Origin: the human T2T-CHM13v2.0 reference genome, Homo sapiens
Length of the DNA stretch: 64,000 nucleotides
Strand: one strand, 5' to 3'
Assembly (NCBI RefSeq): GCF_009914755.1
Contig: NC_060930.1
The notes under the pieces are model-generated. The model did no database searches. It was not told the origin of the DNA and saw only the letters and a program-made list of their open reading frames with translations. Below are positions 1 through 23,082 of this stretch, piece after piece (the stretch's first letter is position 1; every line of letters begins with the position of its first letter). A program made the translations under genes and the position numbers.

Positions 1-995
1 GCGAGACTCCGTCTCAAAAAAAAAAAGAATAAAAATGAGTCTGAAACATGTAACACTTTGTTTAGACCTTCCTGGGTATTAAAAAAAATTTTTTAAAGTG
101 CCTTAACCTGGGCAAAGCTCCCAAATTAAAATCTCTAGCTGTTCTCTGACATCTAATTCCTTTCTCTAGCCACGCCCTCAATGTTTATGTGGGCTTTCTG
201 GCACTCCAGATGGGCATTTCAAGAAACTGAGCACGTGATCTTCCCCCAGTCTTCCGTCTACAGAGTTCCCATCTCAATTAACATCCCCCACATGAATTGC
301 TGGAGCGGATCATTCAAGGCACTTCCTTCTCTACACTGCCATATCAGTTAATCAAGTCCTATCAATTCTGTCTCCCAAATATATCTCCATTTATCTCTAT
401 GTTGCAACCACCCAGGCAAAGCCACCATCATCTACCACCTGTACTAATGGCATAGCCTCCTGATTCATCCACTCTTACAGCTGTCCTAATCTGTTCAAAG
501 CCCAAGTCATCTGTCTTTCTGTATGACTCTCTGTCTCCTGTGTAGGCTCTCTCCCTCCCTTGACCTTCTCTATCTTAATTGCAAGTAAGATCCTATGGCG
601 TGTCTGCTTAAAACCCTTCATTAGCTTCCAATTACACTTAGAACAACAGCCAAAATCCTTAACTAGATCAACAAAGCTCTCTAAGATCTGTCCCACCTGT
701 CTCCCCAGCTCATCTCAGCCACTTTATGGCTTCAGCCTGGCCTTCCCTTGATTCTGGCATTTCTTTTTATTTGAGACGGAGTCTCGCACTGTCGCCCGGG
801 CTGGAATGCAGTACGTGATCTCGGCTCACTGCAACCTCCGCCTCCCAGGTTCAAGTGATTCTCCTTGCCTCAGCCTCCCAAATACCTGGGATTACAGGCG
901 CCCGCCACCATGGCCGGCTAATTCTTTTGTATTTTTAGTAGAGTTGGGAGTTTCACTATGTTTGCCAGGCTGGTCTCGAACTCCTGACCTCATGA

Positions 996-1370
<375 letters not shown>

Positions 1371-1722
1371 TAGTTTCATTGCTGTCTTTTCGTCCATGTA
1401 AGCTTTGAAACAGTGAGAAGATGCAGCCCTGTTGAGTTGGCAACTAATGAAAGAGAGGAATGTAGGCAGGCCTGTTTGGATTTTTTACTTATCCAAAATT
1501 CTTCCACCCAGTCAATGCCACACTGCCACACTGTTTTTTGTTTGTTTGTTTGTTTTGTTTTGTTTTTTGCATATTTTCTTCTCTTCTTTACTGCATTTTC
1601 TAAACTTCCTGCCATTAACATATATTAATTTTATAATGGGCCAGGGAACCCTTCAATTCACAGGGTAAAAATTCACAGCACACCATTACTTTTTCCATAG
1701 AACCATAAAAAGCTAGTGTTGA

Positions 1723-1965
<243 letters not shown>

Positions 1966-2129
1966 TAGTAGAGACGGGGTTTCACCGTGTTAGCCAGGAT
2001 GGTCTCAATCTCCTGACCTCATGATCCGCCCGTCGCAGCCTCCCAAAGTGCTGGGATTATAGGCGTGAGCCACCGCGCCCGGCGGCACTATCTCTCACAT
2101 CTTATTTTCATAGTAATAAAAAGCCTGCC

Positions 2130-5112
<2,983 letters not shown>

Positions 5113-6013
5113 TAGTAGAGACAGGGTTTCTCCATGTTGGTCAGGCTAGCCTCGAACTCCCAACCTCAGGTGATACACCCGCCTCGGCCTCCCAAAGTGT
5201 TGGGATTACAGGCGTGAGCCACCACGCCGGGCCTGATGTTTTAAATATACTAGAAATGTTAAACATTCTTGGTATTGGTTTTAGCTTTTTTTTTTTTTTT
5301 TTGTAAAGATTAGAAACCCAGTGTCATTTTAGCTTTTTTACTTTTCACTTTTATGATAGAAGGTGATGGATTAAATTACCAGAAGCCACAGAGTATATAC
5401 CAGTAACTACAAAAAGAACAGGGATAATGTAAACCCAAACAATGGTTTTTATCCAGGTATTCCCATCCTAATCTGAATGGAGTTCCAGAATAAGAGCAAT
5501 CTTTCGTTGTTCAGATTTCAAGATGATTCATTGCACAAAAAAAGGAAACTATTGTGATAGTTGTTTTCACTGAACATGTCCATCATGGTGTATCTGAAAG
5601 CTCTTTTCCAGGGTGACTCCACCCAAAGCTCCTGCTAAGGGAGCAGCCTAGGCTGTCTTACTCTGCAACACCCACTCATCCTTGCCTTGCCACAACTAAT
5701 TGGACCAGCATCTGGCACCAGAAGATTCCTATAGAAAAAAAACCAAAGGTAGAATCAGTGTCATGAGGAGGGAGTTAGAGCTGGGGCTATGAGAGGTCAT
5801 GTCAAACTAAGTTATAAGACAACAGAAACTATAAATAAGCAGGGCCCAGGATGAATTTGGAGAAGTTAGCAGGAAGCCAGATTATACAGGGAAGTCATTG
5901 AAAGATTTCAAATATTTAAAATTAGTGTTTAGGGCAAGGTGTGGTGGCTCACACCTGTAATCCCAGCACTTTGGGTGGCTGAGGCAGATGGATCACTTGA
6001 GGCAAGGAGTTCA

Positions 6014-6205
<192 letters not shown>

Positions 6206-7404
6206 TCAAAAAATAAATAAATAAACATAAGATGAAATAAAATTAGTATTTAGAACTTTAGAAACTGAATAGTTATTGGAGGTTGAGGACAGAAGTGGCA
6301 CCAGATGAGGGGTGGCAGTTACTTGGACTAAAGGTGTTGTGAAGGAAATAGAAGTGGGCATATTCACAGTGTATTTTCAAATATAGTTTGCCAAAGATTT
6401 AATGATGGACTGAAAGTAGGGAGTAAGGGAGCAATTGGGTGGTTGTTTGTAACACTGACTGAGCTGGAAAGGAAGGGAGAGTAACAGATTTCAAGTTTGT
6501 GTCAGTGAGGAAACAATCAGGGAAGCAAAATCACTATAAGTATTATGAAATAAAGGTTTTATTACAGGAATAAGAATTTATATGAGATGAGAGAAGCTGA
6601 GAAAGTAATGATCCAAAAGGGAGACTTGGAGAATGAGCAGTGTCACTAACCAGTCCTTCACAAGGCTGGGTGAATGGGGAGAGCTTACAGGACAATCTGG
6701 AAGCCAGCCATGTCTCGTTCCTGGAGTGAGACCATGAAAAGGAACTATCTAGAAGGCTGTTCTTCGCCAGGCATGGTGGCTCACACCTGTAATCCTGGGA
6801 CTTTGGAAGGCTGAGGCCAGCAGATCGCTTGAGCCCAGGAGTTCAAGACCAGCCTAGGCAACATGGTGAAACCCCCATCTCTACAAAAATTAGCAGGGCA
6901 AAGTGGTGCGCACCTGTAGTCTCAGCTACTTGGGAGGCTGAGGTAGGATCACTTGAGCCCAGGAGGTCAAATCTGCCGTGAGCTGAGATTGTACCACTGC
7001 ACTCCAGGACGAGATTTTTGTCTCAAAAAAAAAAAAAAAAAAAAAAAAAAGGCTGTTTTGTGGCTGGTGGCAGGCCTGTGGTCGCTGTTGGTTCACAATT
7101 GGGTAAAAGAACTGGCTACAGACCAGGGGAGAGCAAGATGAAGATGAAAACCTACCAGCACTTCTGCATGTGCTTCTCACTACATTTAACCAAGTTCACA
7201 CATTGCATTTTGTTGTTTCTTCAGTTTCTTCTAAACTAGAATGAAAATGTCCAAAACCATAGCAACTAGCTACATGTGGCCACTTACATTAATTAAAATA
7301 GAATAAAGTCGGCCAGGCATGGTGGCTCACGCCTGTAATCCCAGCTCTTTGGGAGGCCGAGGCGGGTGGATCACGAGGTCAGGAGATCGAGATCATCCTG
7401 GCTA

Positions 7405-7620
<216 letters not shown>

Positions 7621-9057
7621 TCAGTTCCTCAGCCACACTAGCTACATGTCAAGTGCCCAGTAGCTACATGTGACTTGAGATGAACACATCAATGTAGAAC
7701 TTTTCCAATCTTTGCAGAAAGTTCTACTTAACATGTTTCCTTAAAATAAATAATACTCCCTCCCTTTATTTGGCTAGATTGAGGTCTTTAATCTAGCACA
7801 AAAGGACCCAATTAGAATAGAGCCACTTGAGACTTAACCACTTATATAAATTAATTGCATTATTGTGTCTATTTTTTCAACTCAGCTGATAAAATGTGAC
7901 TAGTTCTTCTCTCCCTGTATTTGCATAGAGATTAGTGAAGAGATGAAAAGCCAGCAAGAAGCATATGAGGAAATAAAAGTTCTAGATAACTCAATCACAG
8001 ATTTCTCCAAGAAGACAAGGACAATCATATAGTTTATCAGATTACTAACTTGTATATCTGTAGTCCTACTTTTATTTTCTATATTTTTTGTTATAAAAGA
8101 TAATACATGCTCCAATAAAAAATTCAACCATTATATAAACATATAAAATAGAAGTAAAAATGTCCTGTAATCTCATTGCCAAATAGAGCTACTATATAAA
8201 AATATGTGTATTTCTTTCAGTTTCTTTCTCTCTAGATATTAATATTATTTTCACATGTTTAACAAGAATGGTTTCATATCATACATGTCATCTTATGACT
8301 ATAACTAGCTTTTTCACCTAATATGTATATTTGGGCACGTTCTCTTGTCAGTATACTTCATACTTCATATACTTCAATTTTCAATAGTTGCATAGAATTT
8401 TACTTTATAGAAGTTTCATAATTTCTATAGCCATACTATTACTGGTTGGATTGGTTTTTTTTTTAATCCATTAGAAACAATTCCATAATAAAAGTCTTTG
8501 AGTATTTCTGTTATATAAGCATATTTTGATCTACCTCCTTTTTCATGATCTTGACAATTATTTAAATTTATTGTTAAATTGGCAATTTTATATAGAGGAA
8601 TTTTCATATAAATAAATGAATAGAACTTTTACAATATTAAATCAGTTGCTAAACTGATTCAATCGTGTGTGTATTTACTTTGTGTAAATGTTGGTTAGGG
8701 AAAAGAGTACAAATACAAACCCCAAAGTCTAAAAATGCTCAAAACCCACTCTATAACTGGAAAAGACGTACAAGTGTTAAAGTACAGAAAGGGTAGTTAC
8801 TGGGCAGAAGGAAAATATAGCCTTAGGGATGGGAAGAAATAAAACTGCATGAAAAGGAAATAAAAGTGCCATAGGAGATTTTAATACTGCATTTTACTAG
8901 GCTAAGGCTGACAATAAATAAAGAAGGACAATAATATTAAGTAATTTAATTAGTTTAAAGTAGTATTTTATATATATGTTGAACTTGGTACTTTACAGAA
9001 AGTACAACTTTTCAAGCATTTAAAGAATACTGACAAAAGGCCGGGCGCGGTGGCTCA

Positions 9058-9716
<659 letters not shown>

Positions 9717-11552
9717 TGAATAGCCTAAATCTTCTGAATTCAATTTCATACCTCTACAAATTAACCACAAAAGGTTAGTCAAAAACTATGCCCCAGTTAG
9801 AATATTTAATTGGATTTTATTTATTTATTTATGTATTTATTTATTTATTTGAGACGGAATCTCGCTCTGTCGTCAGGCTGGAGTGCAGTGGCTGGATCTC
9901 GGCTCACTTCAACCTCCGCCTCCGGGTTCAAGTGATTCTTTTCAGCCTCCCAAGTAGCTGGGACTACAGGCACGTGCCACCACGCCCAGCTAATTTTTGT
10001 ATTTTTTAGTAGAGATGGGGTTTCGCCATGTTGGCCAGGATGGTCTCCATCTCTTGACTTCATGACCTGCCCGCCGCGGCCTCTCAGAGTTCTGAGATTA
10101 CAGGCGTGAGCCACTGAGCCGGGCCCAATTTGATTTTAAAACAAAAATTAAAATAAATTATTCTAAGTATATTTTGGATTAAACAAAAAATTAAAGATCA
10201 AAATAGAATTGCAATAAACATTTATTTGGGCTGAATAACAAAAGCTGAGCATTAAAATCAACATTCAACAAGACCAAGGCCAAATATGAGTATCATAATG
10301 ATAAAATAAACTTCTAGAACACAAAAATAAAACCTGATATTTTATTTTTTTAACTTAAATTATTGCCAGGAACAGTGGCTAGCACCTATAATCTCAGCTA
10401 CTCGGAAGGCTGAGACAGGAGGGTCTCTGGAGCCCAGAAATTCCAGGCTGCAGTGAGCTATGATCTCGAACTGCACTCTAGCCTGGGGAAAAGAGTGAGT
10501 TCCATCTCTAAAAACAATTTAATTATTATTGCAATTCTATCATCAAATTATAAATGCCTAAGACTAGCATAGAGGAACACAAATTTCTCAGCACTGTTAC
10601 CTGCTAGACTCCTCCTGCAGAAATCTGCTGCATGTTTGCCATACCAAACAGATGTTTGCTTTCAATTAAGGCAGTCTGTACTGGGACCTCAAGTCTGAAT
10701 AGGCATTATCTAGGTGAAGAGGTAGGGAAAGAGGAATCCAGGCTGAAGGAACAACATGTGTCAAAGCAGAGGGGTAAGATAAATATGGGGGCTTCTAGAA
10801 ATGGAAAAACGTTCATTGTAGTCAGAATGCAGAGTGGGCAAAAGGCAGGGCTGGGGAAGGAGAACTTCTTGCAAGATGTGATATTGGAGAGGTAATATAC
10901 CGTCATATTAGGAAACCCTTGCACACCACCTGGAGCTGAGGCTTTCGCACTTTTTTGACCATGACTAAAAGAAAAAGATATATTTCATAATACCACCAGC
11001 TTACACATTTCATGTATATGTATATAAGAACTATATTTCATGCGAATACTTTTACTATGTCCAAAGCTCTTTTGTATTTTCTATTGCATGTTCACTTTTA
11101 CTTTTAAAAAATTCTGTCTGTCTTCTACTAGACTACACTGAGCCTTTGTGTGAATTAGAAATAAGTATTCTCTTTAGGCAGATATAGCTTAGAGATTGTG
11201 AAGACCAGGCCTTGAAGGCTGGAAGGGGCAGTGGAAAGTGACTTTATCCAAAAAAGATGCCCCTTCCTCAAGTTGGATGAAGCTCCACATATTTGCCCCC
11301 AACATTTGGAGAGCGTGGGGCAAGAGTGCAAATGGAAGCCTACATACCCTTAAGTCTATTTAAAACCGTAGACCAATCTAACAAACCAATAAATAAAATG
11401 TGTTCTGGCCGGGCGTGGTGGCTCACAGCAGTAATCCTAGCACTTTGGGAGGCCGAGTAAGGTGGTTCACCTGAGTCAGGAGTTCAAGACCAGCCTGGCT
11501 AACATGGTGAAACCCCATCTCTACAAAAATACAAAATATTTGCTGGGCATTA

Positions 11553-11708
<156 letters not shown>

Positions 11709-11899
11709 CTACCCTTCTACCTCAACTTATATAACTTCATAGTGACCTCAAAGATTCAGGTTCCAATTTAGAATTCTTGGACTCAGAATTCAATGTAGGC
11801 ACATAACTTCAAGCCTGCTCCCCTTCTTTTCCCACCCTGAATTCCACCCTATCCAAAAAGGGCTTTTTGTCCATTTACATCTGAACACTCTGTCCTACT

Positions 11900-12262
11900 A
11901 ATCTCACAGTCCTGGAGAGTAGAAGTCTGAAATCAAAGTTGGTAGAGCCATGCTCCCTCTGAAACCTTTCTTGTCTCTTCTCAGCTTCTGGTGGTATTCA
12001 GGCAATCCATGGCATTCCTTGGCTTGCAGCTGCATAACTCCAACCTCCACCTTTATCATCACATGATATTCTTTCTGTGTCTCTGTCTTTTTTATGGCCC
12101 TCTGTTATAAAGACTGCAGTCATATTGGATTAGGACCCACCCTACTCCAGCATCACCTCATTTTAACTCACTACATCTGCAATGATCCTATTTCCATTCT
12201 GTGGTACTAGGGATTAAGACTTCAACATATCTTTTTTGGGAAGACATAATTCAACCTATAAC
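11900..12262 (-). mobile_element. MaLR MLT1-family LTR fragment
   Basis: TCTCACAGTCCTGGA...GTCATATTGGATTAGGACCCACC...AATTCAACCTATAACA is typical of MLT1. Confidence 0.7.
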
Positions 12263-13046
12263 AAACTAGTAAATTCTGTATTTGTTGAATGAATGAATGT
12301 GATTCAGAACGCTGGAGGAGAAATTTGCCTTACTCCAGAGGACACCATACTATTGTAGTGAGAGGGAATGAAAAACAGTGGATACAAATGAAAGCTGGTG
12401 TAAGGAAATTGTGTCATCTGACAACATCAAAATTCTCCATGAAGGAGGTAAAATCATATTTTTAGGTGAGGAAAGAATTGGGATAGGGGAGAAAGGAGTG
12501 AAGAGATGTGGAGGAGAAAGGAAGTCTGAGGAACGAAAACTGACAAAGTGGCTGGGCACGGTGGCTCATGCTTGTAATCCCAGCACTTTAGGAGGCTGAC
12601 ACAGATGTATCACGAGGTCAGGAGTTCTAGACCAGCCTGACCAACATGGTGAAACCCTGTCTCTACTAAAAATACAAAAATTAGCCAGGTGTGTTGGCAC
12701 GTGCCTGTAGTCCCAGCTACTCAGGAGGCTGAGGTGGGAGAATCACTGAACCTGGGAGGTGGAGGTTGCAGTGAGCCGAGACCATGCCATTGCACTCCAG
12801 CCTGGGTGACAGAGTGATACTCCGTCTCAAAAAAAAAAAAAAGAAAAAAGAAAAAAAAAGAAAACTGATAAGGGAAATAAGAATTGCCTGTAGTATTGAG
12901 AGCCCGGTTGAGTTGGAGACTATAAATTTATGGTGGCATAAGTCTGTGCTGCCATGTGATTTAGGCAGCAAGGCTCAGTAATACTGGCATGTTATTGGGA
13001 AAGGCAATTGGTTGAATCAATCCATAGCTGGGGTTTTTCCAGGTAG

Positions 13047-13850
13047 TGTTACAGACTAATGGGTTCTTCTTGCCCACTGCACAGAAAAGCCAATACAATG
13101 AGATAGCAGTGTTGCAGCAGAGAGTTTAATTATAGCAAGGCAACTGAATGGAAGGATAGGAGATATTTCTCAAATCTGACTCCCTGAGAACTCAGAGGCT
13201 AGGGTTTTGAAAGATAATTTGGTGGACTGGGTTTAGGGAATGAATACTGCTGATTGGTTAGGGATGAAATCATAGGGACACTGAAATTGTCTTTGTGCCC
13301 TGAATCAGTTTCTGCATGGGGGGTGTCAGGGAATCACAGGACCCACAGAGTCAGTTCTTTGGCATGGGTCACAGGTACAGTTAGCATCTGCCAGGATGCC
13401 AAAGTCTGAAAAATATCTCAAAGACCAGTCTTAGATTTTACAATAGTAATGTTATTTATAGGAGCAATTAGGGTTACAAATCTTGTGACCTCCAGCTCTG
13501 TAACTCCTGAAGAGTAAACAATTATAGAAAAGCAAGCTAGGGAACAATGGCTTGTTATCGTTTAACTGTATCTACATCTTCACAGAATTCAGGCCACTCC
13601 CATAATTCTAACCTTGTGGACTTTCATTAGCTTTAGGGAGGTAGTTTTGGTTCCTGAACAATAAGGGTTAGTTTTAAGAAGGGACTGCTGTCATCCTTGC
13701 TTTAAACTATAAACTAAAGTCTTCCCATAGTTAGCTTGAACTATGCCTGGGAATGAGCAAGAGTAGTTAGGCCTTGTGAAGTTAGAAGCAAGATAGAGTC
13801 AGTTATGTTAGATTTCTCTCATTGTTATAATTTTTGCAAAAGTGATTTCA
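13047..13850 (-). mobile_element. Solo ERV1 LTR (LTR8 family-like)
   Basis: Minus strand begins TGAAATCACTTTTGCAAAAATTATAAC and ends ...TAACA. 4-bp TSD GTAG (13043-13046, 13851-13854). Confidence 0.8.
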
Positions 13851-14068
13851 GTAGTTGCCCAGGAAAGAAGACAGGGTAAGGAAGTTGGGAATATTGCACG
13901 AGAGGGCCACCAATAAACCTCGAAATTAGGCTGGATAGGAAGGGAAGTTAAAAACAAGTAGGATTTGATATGAAATGCAGAGGTCCTTAACTTTTCATGC
14001 CATAGACACTTTGCCAGTCTGGTGAAGCCTATTGACCCCTTCTCAAAACATATTTAAAAATGCATAAA

Positions 14069-14413
14069 AGATGCTCTTCAATTTACAATGAGGTTACGTT
14101 CCAATAAACCCCATTGAAAATACTGTAAGTTGAAAATGCATTTAATATAACTAACCTACTGAACATCATAGTTTTCTTAGTCTACCTTAAATGTGCTCAG
14201 AACACTTACTTTATCTTATAATTAGACAGAATCATCTAACGCAAAGTTAAAATCTTGAATATCTCATATGTTTATTAAATACTGCAGTAAAGTGAAAAAC
14301 AGAATGGTTGTATGAGTATTTGACCTACAGTTTCTACTGAAAATGTATTGCTTTCATGCCGTTGTAAAGATGAAAAATCATAAGTTGAACCATTGTAAGT
14401 TGGGGACCATCTG
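14069..14413 (+). mobile_element. TcMar-Tigger non-autonomous element (MER47A-like) nested in the hAT element
   Basis: Inverted termini AGATGCTCTTCAATTTACAATG ... CATTGTAAGTTGGGGACCATCTG followed by TA; about 345 bp. Confidence 0.75.
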
Positions 14414-14703
14414 TATAAGATTACAAATGAAACCCTTTACATTAAAATACAACTATCAAAATATTTAAACAAACCAAAAGTGTCCCATAGTAATATATGT
14501 GCTTCTTTGCATTAAATAACAAAATCTGTGACAGGCTTAAAGAGTATCATAATTTCTACATAGAAATAATGTAGAGGTTTACATATTTGTATCTGATCTG
14601 AACTGTAAGATATATAAAAATAGCTGTGGGTCTCAGTTCCTCTGGGAAGGTAAGAGCCTAACTCTGGTGGGCAAGTGGGCACCTTGCTCCAGTTTGCAAT
14701 AAT

Positions 14704-15515
14704 TGCCTTTCTAATTTCATGGACATTAGATGCCACATGGATGAAAGAGGCAAACACCATATCCACATCCCATTCTACCCCAAACTTCAGATCCTGGATG
14801 TCCTTTTCTGACATGGCAAGCAGGTCCACAGTCACCAGGAAGGTCTACACCCTTTTTGCTGCCCAAGGAGCCATAATTTTCCATTGCTATCACCAGGAGG
14901 TCAGTACCTTTCTGCTCCAACTGCAGAGAAATAAGTTATTAAATCTATAGATCTTGCTGCCCCTTTCCACTACCTTACAAATGTTCTTGTAGTCCAGCTA
15001 CAGGAAGTTCTCATCATAAGTTTTCCATGTAGGCATTATCCAGTGTGATCTGAAGGTGGCTCCCTTCTTCAGCTCCACCTCCATGGGGACACTGCTCTGT
15101 GTGAGCCCAGTTCAGATCTCAGGCCCGTTAGTGTCCAGAGCCACAGCAACTAGCCGCTAGAGATTGGGGTCAGAAGCAAGGCTTTCCATAGTTGTGCACA
15201 CATTCCTGATGGTCTCTGCGTGGTACTCGTAAGTTCAGACAAGCCATATTAATTCCAGACTTAATCATCAACATTTCCACCAATCAGGAAACTAGGCCGA
15301 TAGTACAGATGATGCCAGTGCTCTGGGCTGTGGGGGTGGCCAGTGAGTGTTCAGGCAGCACACATGCTACAGCAGTGTGTCAGCCACCACCGTGGGCAGC
15401 TGCTGAGTCTGAAATGAAGGCCCTCCTGGCTTCACTGTGGGGCTTCCACTTGGCTTCTGAGGTCTTTCAGCGTTTTCTGGCTCAGACTACTTGCAAATGC
15501 AGAGAGGTCAGGAGC
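14704..15515 (-). pseudogene. PKMP3: Pyruvate kinase M (PKM) processed pseudogene fragment: 5'UTR plus about codons 1-256 only
   Basis: Intronless PKM homology (KPHSEA..., [63 protein letters not shown]). Start ATG mutated to AAG (15449-15451), with frameshifts and deletions. Symbol from recalled annotation of this locus. Confidence 0.9.
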
Positions 15516-15789
15516 CTAGGGACATTCACTCCTGTCCATTATATATGTTTTATTTCCAGAATGTCTATTTGATTGTTTTCATGTCATCCAAATTATTTTT
15601 GATGGTCTTTTATTTCTGTATCATATACCAATGCCTTCCTTTATTTCTTTAAACATTTTAACATACTCATTTTATAATTTTTATTTAAAATTTCTGTATC
15701 TGAAGTCCTTGTGAGTCTGGTCTTGAGGTTTGAAGATTTTGCTAATTCTTATTCGTGCTGGCTCAGTTCCTTGCGTGTTTTGGATTTTT

Positions 15790-17365
<1,576 letters not shown>

Positions 17366-18270
17366 AAAAAAAAATAGCTGTGCTTTCTATTGGTGACAAA
17401 CCCATAGATATTGCTAGTACTATTGTGGTGTACAGTTTACATTTGTTATTGAAAGAAATGCTAAATTTCAGTTAGTGTTTAGTAAAAGTATACATATTTT
17501 CCCCTGTCCAAGTTCATAGACTTCTTGAATTTTATCCATGGTTCTCTATGGGACAGTGGAATCCCAGGTAAAAAGGACTGAAGTGGAGGGAGAAAGTGGA
17601 GGAAGTCAAAGAACTGATAAACCAAATTGTATGGACATTGACATGTAAATATTAGAAATAGATATTACAGAATAGAGCCATGAACCTGGTCCCAAACTCT
17701 TCAAAATTAATAAGGGGCAGTAACCACAAAGTAAGAAAATGATAGCCTCGAAGTAAGACAAAAGGTGACAGGCCAAGTGGCCATGAACATGAAAAGATCA
17801 GGGGGTTTTACATAAAGATGGAGGAGTAATTGTTAAGAAGTGGCAGTAGGGAGGCCGGACACGGTGGCTCACGCCTGTAATCCCAGCACTTTGGGAGGCT
17901 GAGGCGGGCAGATCACTTGAGGCCAGGAGTTCAACACTAGCCTGGCCAACATGGTGAAACCTTGTCTCTACTAAAAGTATATAAATTAGGCTGGGCATGG
18001 TGTCTCACGCCTGTAATTGCAGCACTTTGGGAGGCAGAGGCAGGTGGATCGCTTGAGGTCAGGAGTTCAAGACCAGCCTAGCCAACATGGTGAAACCCCA
18101 TTTCTACTAAAAATACAAAAATTAGCTGGGCGTGGTGGCACACGCCTGTAATCCCAGCTACTTGGGATGCTAAGGCAGAGAATCGCTTGAACCTGGGAGG
18201 TGGAGGCTGCAGTGAGCCGAGAGCGTTCCACTGCACTCCAGCCTGGGCAACAGGGCAAGACTCCATCTCA

Positions 18271-18561
<291 letters not shown>

Positions 18562-19144
18562 CTAAGGAAGGAAGAATCAGATTTTAATTAGGGCAAGGAC
18601 GTGGAAGAAATGCATGCACCCAAAAAAAATGGTGGAGGATATAGGGGTAGTTTCTTATCCCTGTAGACTGTGCAATGGAAGGATTGAGAGAGAGAGGGCC
18701 ATGTTGGGGGGTAGTGTAGACTAGAATGGCTGCAAATGGATATGAGAGGATAGATTACCAGAGAGGTTTAATTTTTTAATGGTAATATAAACCCACTAGC
18801 TAGAGATTATTCTACTGTCCAGAGATAACCAGTGTACCATTAAACATTTGGACTATTTATTGCTATAAACTTTGTCATCAGGATAAAATTAAAGGCAACC
18901 TAAATTTCTAAAATTGATTAAATAACCGTTTAATATCTACAAAAATAAAATGCAGCCAGGCGCAGTGGCTCACACCTGTAATTGTAGCACTTTGGGAGGC
19001 CAAGGCAGGTGGATCACTTGAGGTCAGGAGTTCGAGACCAGTCTGGCCAACATGGTGAAACCCCATTTCTACTAAAAATACAAAAATTAGCTGGGCGTGG
19101 TAGTGCGCACTGCAGCCTGGGCAACCAAGTGAGACTCTGTCTCA

Positions 19145-19480
<336 letters not shown>

Positions 19481-20308
19481 TCAATATTGCCAATGAAAAG
19501 AATGAGTAGAATTTTTAATAATGTTGAAAATTGTCATGATAGAAATTAAATGAGCTGGGTGTGGTGGCCCTCGCCTGTAGTCCGATTTATTGGGGAGGTT
19601 GAAGCCAAGAATTGCTTGAACACTGGAGTTCGAGGCCAGCCTGGGTTACATAGCAAGATCCTGTGTCTAAAATAAATAAATATTTTTTAAAAAAGAATAT
19701 TAAATGAAAGGAATCAGGATGACAAACTGTATATAATTCAAATTTTATTAAAATTTATATCTGCATAGAATAATACATCAAAAATTGTATAACAGTTACC
19801 TCTGAGTGGTGGGATTATAGGTTATTTTAATCTTCATATCTTCCTTATTTTTACATTTCATATCTTTTATATATCTTTTTATAATTTTTGTAGGTTAAAA
19901 AATAGAGCCTTTAGGAAATTAGATACAGTCAAACACCTCAAAACCTCATGTCTAAAAATTGAAAGTGTATACTTTACTTACTCTAGAGGTATGTGTTCTC
20001 CAGAATAATTTTTTATTGAAGTTAAAATTTGATAAATAATTTAAATACCAAGAAAATGGTTAACAGAAAACTGTGTAGGACACAGTTTCTCTTATTTGGA
20101 TTTCACTGGATCTCTCAAGCTTAATAGGTTGTATTTATTCTTTATTTTTGAGACAGGGTCTTGCTCTGTTGCCCAGGCTAGGATGCAGTGGCACACACAC
20201 AGCTCACTGCAGCGTTGACCTCCTGGACTTCTCGCGCCTCAGCCTCCCAAGTAGCTGGGACCACAGACTTGTGTTACCATGCTTGGCTAATTTTTAAAAT
20301 TTTCATAG

Positions 20309-20443
<135 letters not shown>

Positions 20444-20614
20444 TAAATAGAATGGTCAAATAAATTTAAGTTTCTATTATATGAATCATCCATTAACCAT
20501 AAATCTACAAAGAACATTAACTTAGTTTTTGAGTATATTGTACTTCCTGAAATATGACTGTTTAGTAAGATAGGCAATAATACAATGGACAAGACTGACA
20601 TCACTAGTTGATAG

Positions 20615-21950
<1,336 letters not shown>

Positions 21951-22767
21951 ATATATAGACACATATATATACACATATATCTCAAACCATCCTTTGCTGG
22001 CATTAAACTCTCCAGCTGTAAGTTCTTCACCTTGTCAAGTGCAGTGGGAGCACTCCAGCACTTTGGGAGGCTGAGGTGAGAGGATCACTTGAGTCCAGGA
22101 ATTTGAGACCAATCTGGGTAATAGAGAGAGACCCTGTCTCCACAAAAAAAGGAAAAAAAAAAAAAAGCCAGTTGTGTGTGGTGGCATGCACCTGCTAGTT
22201 GCAGCTACTTGGGAGGCTCCTGGGCTCAAGTCATCTGTGTGTCTTGGCCTCCCAAAGTGCTGGAATTATAAGTGTGAGCCACCACTCCCTGCCGTGCTGG
22301 TTTTTTTGTTGTTTTTGTTTGTTTGTATTTTGTTTTTTTTGAGATGGAGTCTTCACTCTGTGGCCCAGGCTGGAGTGCAGTGGTGCAATCTTCACTCACT
22401 GCAACCTCCGCCTCCTGGGTTCGAGCGATTCTCCTTCCTCAGCCTCCTGAGTAGCTGGGATTATAGAAGCCTGCCACAAAGCCTGGCTAATTTTTGTATT
22501 TTTAGTAGAGATGGGGTTTCACCATGTTGGTCAGGCTGGTCTCAAACTCCTGACTTTGCAGGTCACATATTTTTTTAACTGAAGGTATCTGATAGACTTA
22601 ACTTATTCGAACGTAGTGGCTCACAATGTTGTGTTTACTGATATGCATAGAAACACCCAATTTTATTAACAGTTATAGCTAATGCATAATGACAAGCGCT
22701 ATATTAAACATTTTATATGCATCATTTCTTTTCTTGTTCTTCCTTTTTTTTTTTTTTATATATGTAG

Positions 22768-23082
<315 letters not shown>

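Noticed and set aside
14512-14920. 107-aa and 64-aa ORFs with PKM similarity as functional proteins
   Set aside because: Frameshifted pseudogene fragments that run into transposon sequence; the true start codon is mutated.
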